This document shows, one piece after another, positions 1-15,762 of a stretch of 64,000 bases of DNA. The stretch comes from Octopus sinensis. Lineage: Eukaryota. The stretch's first letter is position 1; the number at the start of each line of letters is the position of its first letter. The notes beneath the pieces were generated by a model. That model did not search any database, had not been told where the DNA came from, and worked only from the letters and a program-made list of their open reading frames with translations. Where the stretch lies: positions 66,662,464-66,726,463 of the forward strand of contig NC_043011.1 of the NCBI RefSeq assembly GCF_006345805.1, given 5' to 3'. The translations under genes were made by a program, and so were the position numbers.

Positions 1-1244
1 TAGATAAAACATACCTAAAGAGAGGTATTCTCTTGAACAACATTGCTGTTCAATTCATTTTAAGATAGAAAACCTTATCAAACCTGTAAACTGTTATATC
101 ATCTAACTACACAAAATATTTTACTTCTTTACTGTATGTTAATTCTCTAATCGTGTACTTCGCGACCGATTAACACGAAGGGGTCAGTCAATTATATCGA
201 TAATGGCCTTCACCTTATACTTATTACATTGAACCCAAAAGGATCAAAAGTCAACCTCGGTGCAATTTGAAATTTAAAATGTAGAGGCGGACGAAATACC
301 GCTAAGCACGTTAACCTATTCTGTGTTATGTTATACATGTCGTATTGAAAGGTAACGACGTAAGCGAGCTGTCAATTACTACTGGGCTAATTTATGGACA
401 ATTCAAGTACCTGAGATAATGCATTTTATGCATACCCCTCTCTAGGCGGATTCAATATATATACTTATATATCCATTCATGTGCGTTTGTGCACGCATGT
501 GGATATGTGCACGCGTGTGCATGTTACTGTGTACAATTACACACATACACACACATATATAATTTAATTTGATAAGATACGAAATAGAATATATATATAT
601 ATATATATATTTACAAACACACATACATACACACACACACACACAAACACAACACAGATACACATATATGAAGTGAGAGAAAAAGAGAGAGTGTGGCTAT
701 GGACAACACAGGCAAAAGACGGAAGGGGGCGCTTTTTCTGATGACTACAGTCCCTGCCTCTATATATTTATGTGCTTTGACTATGGCATTAGTGCATTTA
801 ACTCTTATTCCTTGGAGTGTAGGTGTTTCTAACACCCTAACAGCATTTAATGACAGTTATATATATATATATATATATATATATTGATTGTGTGTTTGTG
901 TGTGTATGTGCGTTTCTGTGCGTGTGTGTGTATATGTATGTATACACACACGCATGCACATTTAGACATACGCTTAAACACATTTCCGTAGCTTTTCCCC
1001 GTGTTTTTAAATATATACGAATATTCACATATATGATGTATATAATTGTGCGTGGATATACAGATAGATAAATGGGACACACCTACGCAAGACTTCTATG
1101 TAAAATGTTATGTCGACGTAAGTCAACATCACATCAACAATTCCATGTACATAGTATAGTCCCTGATAATATATTCGATTTAGGCATATTGGTTGGATTT
1201 GTAGAATATTCGGACATTACGTGTCTGCTGGTACGATTATCCAG

Positions 1245-1552
1245 GACACGTGTACCAGCAGACAAAACCCTCCGAGGCACAAGTCAGGGCAAAGTTGTTT
1301 ATGGAAGGCCAGCAGTCGCCCATAGATACCAGCCTCCCCTCTCCGCACCACTGATGTTATACAAGGGAAAGGCAAAGGGGCCGATACATCTTGGCATCAG
1401 TTACGTCGCAACTTATTTCTACAGCTGAGTGAACTGGAACAGCGTGAAATAAAGTGTCTTGCTCAAGAACACAACACGCAGCCCGGTCCGGGAATCGAAC
1501 TTACAACCTCACGATCGTAAGGTCGACGCTCTAACCACTAAGTCATGCACCT
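1245..1552 (-). mobile_element. tRNA-derived SINE
   Basis: The minus-strand head has A-box-like TGACTTAGTGG and B-box-like GTTCGATTCC. About 50 bp of the head is re-duplicated near 1780 and 2152. Confidence 0.75.
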
Positions 1553-1560
1553 TCAGAAAA

Positions 1561-2307
<747 letters not shown>

Positions 2308-4007
2308 TGTTTCTTTATTAGCCACACAGGGCTGCACACAGATAGAACAAATTACAAGGTAGAGCTTTTCTTTTGAAGGTTTAAAAAAAAAAAAGGGAAG
2401 GGGGAGTTTCGATCAAAAGGGATCGTAAAAGGAGAGAAAGAGGACCAAAAAAAAAAAAAAGGGGGGGGGGGTTTAAAAAAAAAGGGGGGGGGAGAGGAAA
2501 AAAAATTGATCAATAGGGATCGTTATCACAGAAATGTCAATATGAAGTGTAAAGGGGAGGACAGGTGAGGTTTACCCGTGGAAAGAAAAGCCTACGGAAA
2601 AGACCACGGTAACCTCGGTCAATGAAGTCACATTTTATATTTCTTTTTTTTTTTTTTTTTTTTGCAAATAAGCAATTCTCTGTTTTCGATTTCTGGGTTC
2701 ATAGGACTATGCTCAAGGTGGCTTCGTCATTCATACGTGCCATTCACCCATCTTTCTTTAAAACATTCGCTAGACAAAACTTGCCTCTCTACTCTCACTT
2801 TCCTTTTCAAGTGGTACTTGAAGAAGTTGATGAGAGATTGACCAGAGAGGAAAGTGTTTGTCTCCAATCCTTTCAGACGCGTCCACCAGATACATTCTTT
2901 CGCCATAGCCACAAGGATGATGAAAATAGCTCTTCCTTCCCGTTTGAAGGAAGGAGGCGTGACAATATTGACGATAGACTCAGCTGATAAACCGACTCGT
3001 CCCACACGTGACAGCAGTTGTTCGACATAAGCCCACAGGTCGGAAATTGTTGGACACTGAACGAGTGCGTGCAGAACGGTTTCGTCGCTCTGACCGCATC
3101 TCGGCAGGTCGGCCCCGTGTTTCTCGAGCCGTGTCTGTAGAGCTTATCCCGAACGGGTAGCGCTTCTCGGTAGCACTGCCAGGCCAGGGATCTCTGGAAG
3201 TTGTCCATGGGCCCTGGCCCGAAAGTCGTCCCGAACAGGCGGGTCAGGTGCTCCTCGTCGACGTCCAGGTTCGCCCCGAGCTCGTCGTCGTACCTCCCCT
3301 CCACTAAACCCCTATAGAATGCTTTGGTTGAGTTGAAGTCACTTAAGGTCGACCCAGGACGGCAGAGTTGCTTGAGAGCAACGCGACACTCGCGGTGCCA
3401 TTCGCCCTTCCTCGGCCTCTTTTTTATCCACGACTGCAGTTCGGTCATGGAGACGAGCTGCGGGAAAGCGTGCCTCACAAACGGCGACCACACCTGTTCA
3501 CCGTCGTCTACATAGAGCCAGAGATGTCGCAGTCTCAGCGCGTGTCTGCGCATCATCAACCACGGCATGCCCAGCCCTCCTTTTAACGGGTGTTGACAAC
3601 AAATGGATCGCCTGACCATCGGGACGCATCCTTTCCACAAGAAGCGAAAGAGGATGCGTTGTAGTTTGGTGATGGTAGGGTCGGGACAAGGTACGACGGT
3701 CAGGCGGTAGTAGATGACGGACGCGATGTACGTGTTCGCCACCTCCGCTCGACCTTTTAGGGACAGTTTCCTCTCGGCCCATTGCCGGGCGAGAGTGACC
3801 ACCCTACTCGTTATCTCGTTCCAGTTCTTCTCCACTTGGAGGTCCGGACCGAACCAGACCCCGAGCAACTCAACCGGGCCGTCGGTCCAGCGTCCCACGA
3901 GGGAGGCGCTGGTGGACGGCATGGGCTTGCTTCTCCAGGTGCCTAGTCGCAAGCCCACTGACTTTTCCCGGTTGATTTTCGCTCCTGTCACCGCTTCGTA
4001 GTTTTTC

Positions 4008-4008
<1 letters not shown>
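2308..4008 (-). mobile_element. 5'-truncated L1/Tx1-like LINE (ORF2 C-terminal part and 3' UTR)
   Basis: ORF 2873-4072 contains YEAVTGAKINREKS, LGVWF, LSLKGRAEVAN and PLKGGLGMP, followed by a frameshifted zf-RVT-like C..C...ET..H...C region. AATAAA lies near 2320, with (TATC)n on both sides. Confidence 0.85.
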
Positions 4009-4043
<35 letters not shown>

Positions 4044-4321
4044 TGATAGATTAGATAGATATATAGATACATACATACATTGACTAAGAACCAAATTGAT
4101 GTACAGTTAACTAAAGATGAACGATATCGAGGTTTTTTCTTGTTTGATTTTTCGCTTACTGTCCAGCTTACCTCCCTTGAAAATATATATAACTGAGAAA
4201 CAGAGCCTGAAAAATTGCATTAAAATACAAGTCATATTTATTAGGTATGCCCATTCAAGTGTCATGATAACATGGAACTATTAGCAGATCTTATGGTTAT
4301 ATATTTAAATCTATATTTTTT

Positions 4322-4384
<63 letters not shown>

Positions 4385-4386
<2 letters not shown>

Positions 4387-6135
4387 ATTATTGGTGAATT
4401 GAAGAAATGGAGCTGAACTAAGATTGAACAGAAATCGTTTTATTTCATTCTACACGTGTTTCGAAAGGCACAATTTACCAAAATCCGATTGAATAATGAG
4501 ACCATATTGTGTCTTTCTGTTCAGGAAGAAATAGGAAATCCGTTGGAAAAAACAAAAACAGAACAGAGGCGGAGCAAAACAAATCGAACTAGGCTCCTAA
4601 GAGCCCATGGCAAAACTGTTTATCAGTCTATGTTGAGAACCGGTGTTGAGCACTCTGATAGACAGTGGAGAATCAGGGGTTATTCCGTTAGTTAATAGTG
4701 ACGTATTGGAAAATAAAGTAGTAAGCGGCTGCAGTTCTCGTAACAAATATAGTGACAGTAACACAGTTCTAATTTCAGAAACTAATCCTAGCAGAATAAG
4801 ATTCACGTCGGCGAACTCCAAGATCAGAAACGCCGTCTACCAATGCAAGGTTTACACGGACTCAGATGTCTACGCTTATGTAGGGGCCTCATCGTCAAGA
4901 TTGGCTTTGCGAATCTCCAATCATTACGCAACTTTTCGAGACATGAATAAACGCCAGACCACGGGACTCAGCAAGCTAATATGGCGATTGAAGGATACGA
5001 ACTCAAGCTACAGGCTGGAATGGTCAATTTTGTCGGTGGCCCTCCCATTTGATAGGGGCAGAAGGAAGTGCAACCTTTGTGTCTCCGAACTCTTCCACAT
5101 ATTGTTCGCCAGAGACCGGATGGTAAACGGACTTTTACAGTCGGCTTTTCGATGCCCCCATTGGCGGCGTTACACTTATCTGGCTTATAAATAACGCTTA
5201 TAAATAATACCTGCACCCATAGCCCTTGGTAATAAATTCTGAAATAGCCTTTGAGATAATTACGATTAACCACTGCAAAGGGAATTACTCCTGTGAGATA
5301 AACGGGGCTTTGTTTTTGACGACGGGGGGTTTCTTTGACAAGGCATGATTAGACGAACACACGCACGCATAAAACATAAAATATTTTTCTGCCACCCAAC
5401 GGTTTTTACTGCAGTAGCCATTGTGTAGAGCTGTTTAACAACTGACAGCCGAGCGATCAAACGCACACACGTACACAAAAAATGTTTTCTACCCCTTGAC
5501 GGAGTTCTCAGCACTGACTAGAAAATAGCGCTTCTTGACAACCTGCGCCAGCACACATATATAGAACAGTAAACACATACATGTCTCTAAGTAGATTTTT
5601 TCTCGCCCCTTATAATACATCCAATATTCTTTAAATAGTCAGAGCTTTATTCTCGGTCACAAAGAACATCTACACACCCTCGCCCACAGGAATGACCGCT
5701 GCCTGACCCGTTAAAATCTTCAACCACCGGTTCTCAACATAGACTGATAAACAGTTTTGCCATGTGCTCTTAGGAGCCTAGTTCGATTTGTTTTGCTCCG
5801 CCTCTGTTCTGTTTTTGTTTTTTCCAACGGATTTCCTATTTCTTCCTGAACAGAAAGACACAATATGGTCTCATTATTCAATCGGATTTTCGTAAATTGC
5901 GCCTTTCGAAACACGTGTAGAATGAAATAAAACGATTTCTGTTCAATCTTCGTTCAGCTCCATTTCTTCAATTCACCAATAATATTAAAATTCAATTATC
6001 CGCACCAACGCACGGTTGCAACACCATATGGTTGTACCTCCAACCGTGCTGTCTTCTGCTGTGATTTTTGCTACCAAGGTATCGGTAACTTTTGATTAAT
6101 CTGCTACAAGATTATTCATCTTTCTATTTCACATA
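4385..6135 (+). mobile_element. 5'-truncated Penelope-like element with GIY-YIG ORF and inverted terminal copy
   Basis: ORF 4643-5194 has NAVYQC...YVGASS...RISNH...CNLCVSE (PLE-type GIY-YIG). 4385-4650 is an inverted copy of 5720-5985. (TA)n lies on both sides. Confidence 0.8.
5838..5928 (+). ncRNA. Hammerhead-ribozyme-like motif in the PLE terminal repeat (variant core)
   Basis: atttcttc-CTGAACA-gaaag...ctttc-GAAA-cacgtg-TA-gaatgaaat. Stems I and II pair and stem III is palindromic. The core has C where canonical G8 is expected. An inverted copy lies at about 4443-4532. Confidence 0.5.
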
Positions 6136-6231
<96 letters not shown>

Positions 6232-6308
6232 GTATACATGTATGTATATACATTGAATCTTATAAAAAAACGGACATGGTAAAATCGATGAAATCTGAAC
6301 AAAGATAT

Positions 6309-6314
6309 TTTAAT
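6309..6314 (-). terminator. Candidate ATTAAA polyadenylation signal, conserved across paralogs
   Basis: ATTAAA about 175-190 nt after the stop codon in all four last exons (6309, 27549, 50431, 63476), inside an alignable 3' UTR. Confidence 0.4.
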
Positions 6315-6488
6315 TTATATCAAAAGCATACTGTGTAGAACATTATATGGTATACTCAAAGTCACATATAAAATTGTCGACATCTGTAATGAAATTGATC
6401 TCTTGTGATAATTGGATTTCACTTTTACTACTCATCTCATTGAATAACGTCTTCAAAATAATACACATGCATACCTGTATAATAATAC

Positions 6489-9206
6489 TTATGTATGTGT
6501 GTGTAACAGAAGTACAACAGCAGTTGCGAATAGTAAGTGGTTGTTGCGAATACTGGCTGGCTGCAAATGGAACAAAATGTTGCTTATTAAAACTTTCATA
6601 CCAACAAACATTTGATGTGAATTAGGTAAGCAATTATACTCCTAGAACTTCTACTATTATTCATGTGGCCTATGATTTCTAGGGTGTTGTGGATATGAAA
6701 TATATTAATGATATATCATATATTCCCATATATCGAGTTATTTATGTAGATAAATTAAGATTCCTGCATCAGATCGTAGTCTGTTATATTTGTTAACCAT
6801 ATAAGTTATACTCAGGGACTGATTTTCATTAGCTTATTAAATTCAGTTCTATATTTAACAACAAACAAGATGACGACAAATATACGTCAAATGTAAATAA
6901 TGTACATAATTCCTCATCTCTTAAATAAAGAACTGTATTATCTAATTGGTACGGAGTCATAAAAACTAGCTCGTCTTTCAAACCATCTAACTCTCCTGTT
7001 TAAATGTAGAGACTGAAAGTTAATACCACATGGCTTGATTATAATGACACCTATGGATTCAAATAAAGCTAGATGAGTAGCAGAAAAGTCAGGAGGACAT
7101 GCCCTCGTCTCTGTGAGGATCCATTACAACCGTTGGAAAAAACATGAACTAAAAGAGTTAACAACAAACAGGATGAGGAGAAATATCCGTCAAATGTAAA
7201 TAATGTAGCTTATAAAGTATTTTTTAGTTTATATAGGTACATAGTTTGAACATATTTTTTTATTGTTTTCACATAATTTTCTGTTTATTTTGTGCTTTTA
7301 TAGTTTTTATTGCCTGACGTATGTTCAGGTTTAATACAATGGGTACTAAATTTAATTTACGTTTGCTCATGCTGCTAATATTCGTATGTAGTATAACCGG
7401 GGTATACAATGTCTTACAACTACTTCTTTTTGTATGGGAATACCCGTTCTTGCTCTTATGAGTTACCAGTTCATTCAGCGGAAATTACATAACCCAATTC
7501 TTTAGAAAATTCTGTCTATTGTAATTCACCATTTCTCCGATAGCAATTTTATTATCAACGGCTATGTACTGCTTTTACAGTAATATCATATTTATTATTA
7601 AAATGATATTAAAATACGTTCAAATTATTGCAGCAGGGAATAATGTTACTGTATCCATAATACGAAATGAGCACGACATTCTAATCATAATTGTAATTTC
7701 TAATGCCTAGTGCGATATTCTATATACAACGGAATTTCAACTAACAATGATACTGCAACTACAACAGAATTTTAAATTAATTTTCTACAAATTGTATCAC
7801 ATCGAAACACTCTCGTTACTAAAAACTGTATGATTCACATTGAAAGGAATATGTGGTATATATTACATATCTAACGCATGTTTTTAACTGTAAACACCAC
7901 CAATACTTTCCATAGTATACAAAAATATCCTGATAATATCGCAGATAGATCTTGTTATACATATGTATAAACAATTAAAAATTTTAATACATATGTATCA
8001 ACAATTTTAAATTCGTCTTTTGCAATTAGATATTACATGCATTACAACGTCATACTACAGAAAATATATATTTTTATATCGTGCAGGCTTTGCAGTATAA
8101 TTTATGCTTATGTTACTGTTTTTGTAGCCATTTTGAATAGTTTACCATACTATCTCAATTATAACAAAAACAAAACAGTTACGTTTATCACAGAAATGTT
8201 TAAATGATATGACAGTGATTTAAGACATTGGTATAGCTGTATTCACATACTGAAGACTCAGCGGGAATAGAAACGCAATGCTTACTTGAACAGAGTTGTA
8301 GGAGTAGTTTTTCTTCGGATCAGTCTGAAAGAGAATGTTCAACTGTAGTAAAAAAAAGTTTCAAAACGAATAATACATTTTCAGACATATACCCATATGA
8401 GCATTATTGAATATAGATAACATAATACTACGGCCGATTAAAAGACTTACAAGTAAAACACATTAGATTGTTAGAAACTATTAAAAAATACTGCAACCAC
8501 GACCGTTTGCTATGTTATCGCAGGACGTCCTATGCCATATTATTTAGTTTTGAATTGAAAGAAAATAAAATCTTAACTAAAGAACGTATTCTTTCTTTTC
8601 TTGCTCCTTAGTTCTTTCAAGGTTGATTTCATTGTTATATTCTTAGAATAAATCATAGTTGTTATTTGTTTTTTTACATTGTTCAGTCTTCAGCCGCTTA
8701 TAGTTTTAGGCAAATAATTCGAATGTAATGCAAGCTACTTACCAAACAATTATGAAATTGTATGGCTTGGAACCGTTCAAAGCAATCTCTCCTTTTGCGC
8801 CTGAAACACTTTTCAAATTTCTCGAAAGTTCTGGAAAGTAGAAATATGAATCAATTCTATACATTCAGGTGTTCTTGTATTATTTATATTTTATATCAAC
8901 TCTAATCGGGAGCCAGACTCGCCTTTCAATTGTCAGAGGAATAACCCAACACCGAAACAGAAATTAAAATGTAAATCACTTCTCAACTACATATCTGGAC
9001 AGAAAATTTAATCTCATTCTCAGATATATTATCCAGAGATTAACCTTTCAGAAATATATAAACTACGATAGCGAAATTAAACCAATTTAAAATTCAAACG
9101 GAACAAAATAAATGTTGTTTAACCATCTTTACCTGAGTGATGCCTAACTTACCTGAGTGATGCCTAACACAATTTCTATTGTCCTTTTTCTACTTAGACG
9201 GCAGAA

Positions 9207-9278
<72 letters not shown>

Positions 9279-10239
9279 AAACTACTCATTGGCCAGTCAA
9301 GTTCGTGAGAGAATTGAAAGGCGGAATAGCATTTGTTGAATCGATGCTATTTTAAATGCACGGTTTTCTTTATATAATTGAACATGGTGAATGAGCTGAC
9401 AGAATCGTTAGCACGCCGGGCGAAATGCGTAGCAACGTTTAGTCTGATTTTACATTCTGAGTTCAAATTCTTTACTTTTCATTCTCTTGGGGGTCGATAA
9501 AAAAAATTAGCAGTTGAGTAATAGAGGCGATGTAATCGATGTACACTCTCCATCGAACTTTCTGTCATTGAAATTATTATTATGAATAATAGCCAAAAGA
9601 AATATTTCATCGCTATGGATTCAACGTAGACGATTTAGACTTTTGATAACGATAGACGTTTTATAAAAGCAAATATCTGACAATACATAACTGTATAATC
9701 ATTTGTTAAAGTCCAACAAGAAGATCATATCGATATATATATACCTGCAGAATTCTTGAGTGTTATCAGGATGTACAAAATTACTGGGACAATGAAGTCG
9801 TGCCTCTTTAACGCAATCGACACTCATTGCATTGACACCTAAAAAATTGAAAATGTATTGGAAATTATGAAGTGACGCTTGCAGAATTGAATGTTGTTTA
9901 TTACGTATTCATATGACACAGAGAATATATATGGTATTCTAGTGTTTGTTTCTGAGGATTTGTGCGTGCAATGATGAATTTTCATTATAATTTTCATCGG
10001 GGATCAGATATTTCAGGGGATTTCAAAATGCTGTTATTAATATATGGAAACATAGATGAGAAATCCATTTGCTCTTTTACGGTATGATTAAATGTTAGCA
10101 ACGTACACAAACACGGAAACACGGAAACAGATATATGTGAAGGGTCGGCGTATATATGTATATTACATGTATAAATATATATGTACATAACTATCTATAA
10201 GTATATTCATACATACATATACATATATATGCATACGTG

Positions 10240-10332
<93 letters not shown>

Positions 10333-12122
10333 CTACAATATCTTGCGTTTGGCAGGCTCAAGGTTATTTAATATCGTGCCAAATAATTTGAGAGATCTAC
10401 ATGATATGGCAGTGGATCTTTTATAGAAAACAAGTAGATCTTTGTCTACGAAATTCCTGCAGGAACCTATATCACGGCTAGAATCTCAAAATAGAGCAGC
10501 ACTACTAAAATCACTGCTACACCAAACACCCATCACAATTAAGCGGTCAAGAAAAACGTGATGATGCTGGTTGGGCCAGAGAACGGTTTTTCGGCGGAAT
10601 TGCAGAGACGAAACAAATGGAATATATTACGTATTCTCGATAAATTTACTCACAAGATTTTTCTATGAAACCGATATGCATTATGTTGAATATATCAAGG
10701 TGAAGCTGCATCCGTTGCCATTCTTGTGCTAAATACTTCATCTTCATTTCTAACATCATTCGAATGAATATGGTTTTCAAAGAAACTTACGCAATTCCGA
10801 GTATGTGGATTTGTCTACCATTCAACATGTTTCAAACGTAAAATTGCATGCGACTTAAGTCTCGTGAGTTTAGATGTCACATGTTATGTGTTGCATGAAC
10901 ATACAATTTATCATATCTATTCTAGGGTGGCAGAGCATTTGTGATAACGAGCGTACTTCTCCCATCCAGGAACTAAATAGCATCTCCAAAACCTCAACGC
11001 AGCCTGTAGCATAAATACTAAAAGTCAATAACTAAATTATAACCGACATCTATCATAATCCAACCGACTGGAAGAATTATCTTCTGTTTAATTCATTCAT
11101 TTTAATTTAGCGAAAATGATATGTACAATAGTGTTTGATGGAAGTATTGGGGGCCTCGATTTTGAGACCTCAGAATAGCACTTACTGAGAGCGACGAGAG
11201 AATTAATAACACTTGTAAATGATGGAATCAAACGAACCAGGGAAATTGGCATTAAAATTCTAAGGAAAACAAAACGAATTCCCAGAGCGAGCTCATCTTA
11301 AAATACTACCCTGTATATTGACTGACAGCCTTAGAAAGAATGAGGCATATAGCACGATTAAACAAAATCTACCAATGCTCACTAGGAATCCAAAAGTGAA
11401 CTACGTTGTTGAAACCCATACATTCATCAAATGTAAAAAGCAATCGAGATCATTGAAATGATTTGATAAAAGCAAATCTATACACAACCCCGAAGCCAAT
11501 AGTTTAAATATATGAACATCAAAACTTTTGAACATGCCCCAATCTGTAATGCTCAGCGAGAGGTTCAAAAGTAAGACCAACTTCACGTGTGCACCCGACA
11601 GTCTAAAATATGTTATAATTTGCTTAGGCTGTGAACACAATTTCATAGGACAGATAGGTATATCACTTCGAAGGAGAACCATATTGCTTAAGGAACAGAT
11701 CCGTTTCCCAAGATACAAACAGATACCTGAGCAAATAGAGAGATTTGCATGGAATTCAGAGCATTCCTAAATACCACTAACCAACTTTGGTCTCAGAATA
11801 TATTTCGATTCATGATCACGTATCCATCACGGAAAATATTTCGTCTCACTACTTTGTATGTTAATTTATCCCACCCCAAAATTGAGCAATTCCTTCCCCT
11901 GTCCTGAATAATAACAATCAGGAGTTACTTCCCCCTAGACTGTTCTACATACCGATTCATTCACACGCTTTCATACACGAACGTGGACTAAAACTACTTC
12001 AGAAAATACGAAATCACAATAATTTCAATTACGGATTAGCGAAACTCGAAACCAGTCGACTACCACGATACACTATCATTTAGAATACGTAATATATATG
12101 TAATGTGTGTGGATTTTCCTTC

Positions 12123-12179
<57 letters not shown>

Positions 12180-15100
12180 TTTTTTTTTCTTCTTTCAAAT
12201 TTGCTTCCATTTCTTGCCGAGTGTCTTCCCGACTCCTAGGGCAAAGAAACTCATAGTATACATTGGTAGGCCATTAAACCAAACTCAGTAGTTCGTTCAG
12301 TTTTTTATTTTTTATTTTTTTAAAGTTAAATTAAAATACATGAGCAGCAACAGTTCTCACATCGACAATGCTCTTCTCAATACGTGTGATGTACCAGTTA
12401 AGACAATCTTTTGCACTTCTTGCAGGGATGGTAAGCCAGGGATCATTCTCATATAATTTTCGGTTCCCTTCTTGATCATTCCTAGTGCTCCTACGATCAC
12501 TGGTATTGTAACCGCCTTGAGATGCCACATTTTCTCAATTTCAATGAGTAGGTCTTTATATTTTCTGCTTGTCAAACTCTTTCGCTGAGATATTATGATC
12601 ACAGGGGATGCTCATGTCGATCAATAAGCAAACTTTATTGTTTTGGTCTTTCACAACAACATCTGGTTTATTGGCCTTGATGGTTCGGTCTGTATGTATT
12701 GGAAATTCCCACAGAATGGTTACATTTTCTCCTTCAGTTACAGCCTCAGGATGGTGATTATACCACTTGTCGGCAGTTTTGATATTGTAATGCCGACTTA
12801 TTAGCCAGTGTAGATATTGGCCAACTCTGTCATGTCTTAATTTATACTCCACTGGAGCTAAGACTTTACATCCAGGGATTAGGTGGTCCACTGTTTCAAT
12901 CATGTCGTTGCAGAATCGGCATTTTGGGTCTGCTCCATTTTTCATCACATTGGCCTGGTAGTTCCGGGTTAATAGGCTTTGATCTTGAGCAGCCAGGATG
13001 AAACCTTCGCTCTCTGCTTTTAGCCCTGAGCTCCGTAGCCACTGATGGGTTTGCTTCTGGTCAACATTAGCTTGTTTGCTACGGGTCACATATTTGCCGT
13101 GCAGAGGTTTCTCCTCCCACCTATCAGCCAATTGCTCGTGCGCTTTTTTCATTGCCATCATTTTCACCTTCTTTGCAACAATAGTTGCCGTACTTCCCTC
13201 GGGTTGTTCAGTTTGGGTATCCTGCACGAGATCAATAGCAAATTTTTTGCTTTCCTTTATGATAGAATGAAGCTTCTTTCGTCTCTCGTGATTTTCCACG
13301 AGCTTTAGCATTCAGTCATTCGATATTTCGAGATATTTGGCCAGTCCAATTGTGGTTGTTTTGTAAGCTAGTTCAAATTGGATCAGGCTTCGACCTCCTT
13401 GGGCTCTGGGAAGGTAAAGGCGATCTACGTCTGCCTTTGGGTGGTGCATCCTATTACAACTCAGCAGCTTGCGTATTTTCCTATCTATATTCTTTACTTC
13501 ACTCATATTCCAGTTCAACACATTGTAGCTATAAGTAACAACTGGAACTGCTAAGGAATTTATAGCTAACACCTTGTTACGTGCATTTAGTTCAGATTTC
13601 AGGACTGCACGGACTCTCCTATAACATTCCTTCCTGATTTTCTCTTTCATGCTTGCATGCTGAATACCAGAGCCTTCATTTATCCCTAAATATTTCTATG
13701 TTTCTTCTTGCTCAAGCTCTCTTATGACTGTGTCAACATCTAACACGACTGAATTTGTGGTCTTCACTTTCCCTTTCTGGAAAGTGGCCTTGGCACACTT
13801 CTCAAGTCCAAACTCCATCCCGATGTCATCGCTGAATGCTTTCACGGTGCGCAATAGGCCTTCAAGTTCATTATTGTCTTTACCATAAACTTTTAAGTCA
13901 TCCATATAAAATAGATGGCTTATTTTTTATTGGCAATTTTATACCCATACCCTGTTCTGTTTAATTCACTTGTAAGGGGTATTAGGGCTATGCAGAATAT
14001 TAAAGGTGAAAGTGAGTCACCTTGAATAATTCCACAGTTGATGTTTATATTTTCTGACGCAAGTACTCCATTAGAGTGGTATAATTGGAGATTCGTATTC
14101 CACAACGACATATTGTGCTTCAGGAAGTTTGAAATCACAGGGGAAATTTTGAAGATGTCCAGCGATCTCAAGATCCATGGATGCGGTATACTGTCGAAGG
14201 CCTTTTTATAGTCAATCCATGCAGTACTGAGATTTCTGCGCTTGCTGTGACAGTTCTCAAGGATCATACGATTGATTAGCAGTTGATCTTTGCATCCGTA
14301 AGAGCCTCGGCGGCACCCTTTTTATTCAATGGGGAAAATATCGTTCTTCTCCATGAATGCATATGTTTTCTCCGCCAGGATAGATGTTAGGATTTTATAC
14401 GTGGTGGATAGACAGGTTATAGGCCGATAGTTTTTTGGAAGGTTGGTTTCGTTATTCTTTGGGAGCAGGTAAGTAATGCCACTTGCTAACCATTCAGGTG
14501 TTTTCTTTGGGTCTCTCATAATTCCATTGAGCAGCTGAACTAGCTTACCGTGTGCGCATGGGAGCGATGCGAGCCAGAAATTCGGCACCCTATCTTTACC
14601 GGGGGATTTCCAATTATGGGCCTTCGTGAGTGCCTTTCTTAGGTCTGCGATTGTGATGTCTTTCCATGCTTGTTGTTGTAAATTTTGGTAGGATCCTTCA
14701 GTTTCTATAATCCAGTCTGCATTTATGTTGTACGTCTTCTTGTCACTCCAAATACTTTTCCAAAAGTTTTGAACTTCTTCCATGGGAGGGGGGTCATTAA
14801 CGGTTACTTTCTCCTTCCCTATTTCTCTGTAGAATTTTTTGGCATTGGATGTGAACAGCTTATTTTGCTTGTAAAACTTGTTTCTCTTCTCAAATCTTCG
14901 TATTCTTTGGGCTTTTGCTTGGACTTTTTGTTTCAGCGTTTCTTTTATTGATATCAGTTCTTCTCTTGGTGAGGATCCAAATTTTCTCTTCATCTTTCTT
15001 CCTGTTCTGGATCTTACATCATTTCCACATATTAGTTCATTTAATATTGATATTTCCCCTCTCATAAATTCAATCTCTTTTTCAATTTTACTTCTCCAGG

Positions 15101-15719
15101 TTTGATTTCTTCCCAGGTTTTGTTTTCTTTGTTTTTTCGGGGGCATACAGCTGGTTTCAATTGCCCTAGCAGAAGCGTAAATAATTTCATTTAACTCAGT
15201 AAAATCAGGTTTTAATTCTCGTATTATTTCATTTGTTACATAGTTGCCAATTTGGATTTGTTTTTTATTTTGGTTTGTATTTGAGAGTTTATGAAGTGGT
15301 TCTCTATCATTCATACTTGTATGTCTTACAACTTCAAGCGTATTCAGGATTTTCTGCCTCATTTCTGCCATAGACTCTCTGTGTTCTTCAGCAAATGCGA
15401 GATCTTCAGTTACTGTTGTTTTTTCATTTTCTTGGCTATCTTTAACAGGTACAATAGAATTTCTTGTATCTTCAGGCCTTTGCGTACTTTGGTCAGATGG
15501 CAGTCTTTCAATTAAGCCTCGTGGCGGGCTATACTGTTCATCAGATTCTTCATTTCCTTTGTGTCTTATATTTATATCATTTTCCGTTGCGTGCTTGATC
15601 GCGCTTATTTCACCGTCTGTGAGTCTGTTATTTCTAAGGATATCCCTCCTCACATTTGCTAATTTGTTCTCGTCCAAATAGGGCCTACTGTCTTGATTCC
15701 GTGTTCTCCATATACTCCA

Positions 15720-15762
<43 letters not shown>

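Noticed and set aside
693-887. Short hydrophobic ORF MAMDNTGKRRKGALFLM...
   Set aside because: It has no splice or paralog support, lies between microsatellites and is unrelated to the gene family.
1480-1552. tRNA-like sequences (also at 29850-29915 and 50918-50990)
   Set aside because: They are heads of SINEs with attached bodies, not stand-alone tRNA genes.
4456-5914. Two near-identical ORFs MFRKAQFTKIRL... on opposite strands
   Set aside because: By-product of the Penelope inverted repeat, with no coding signature.
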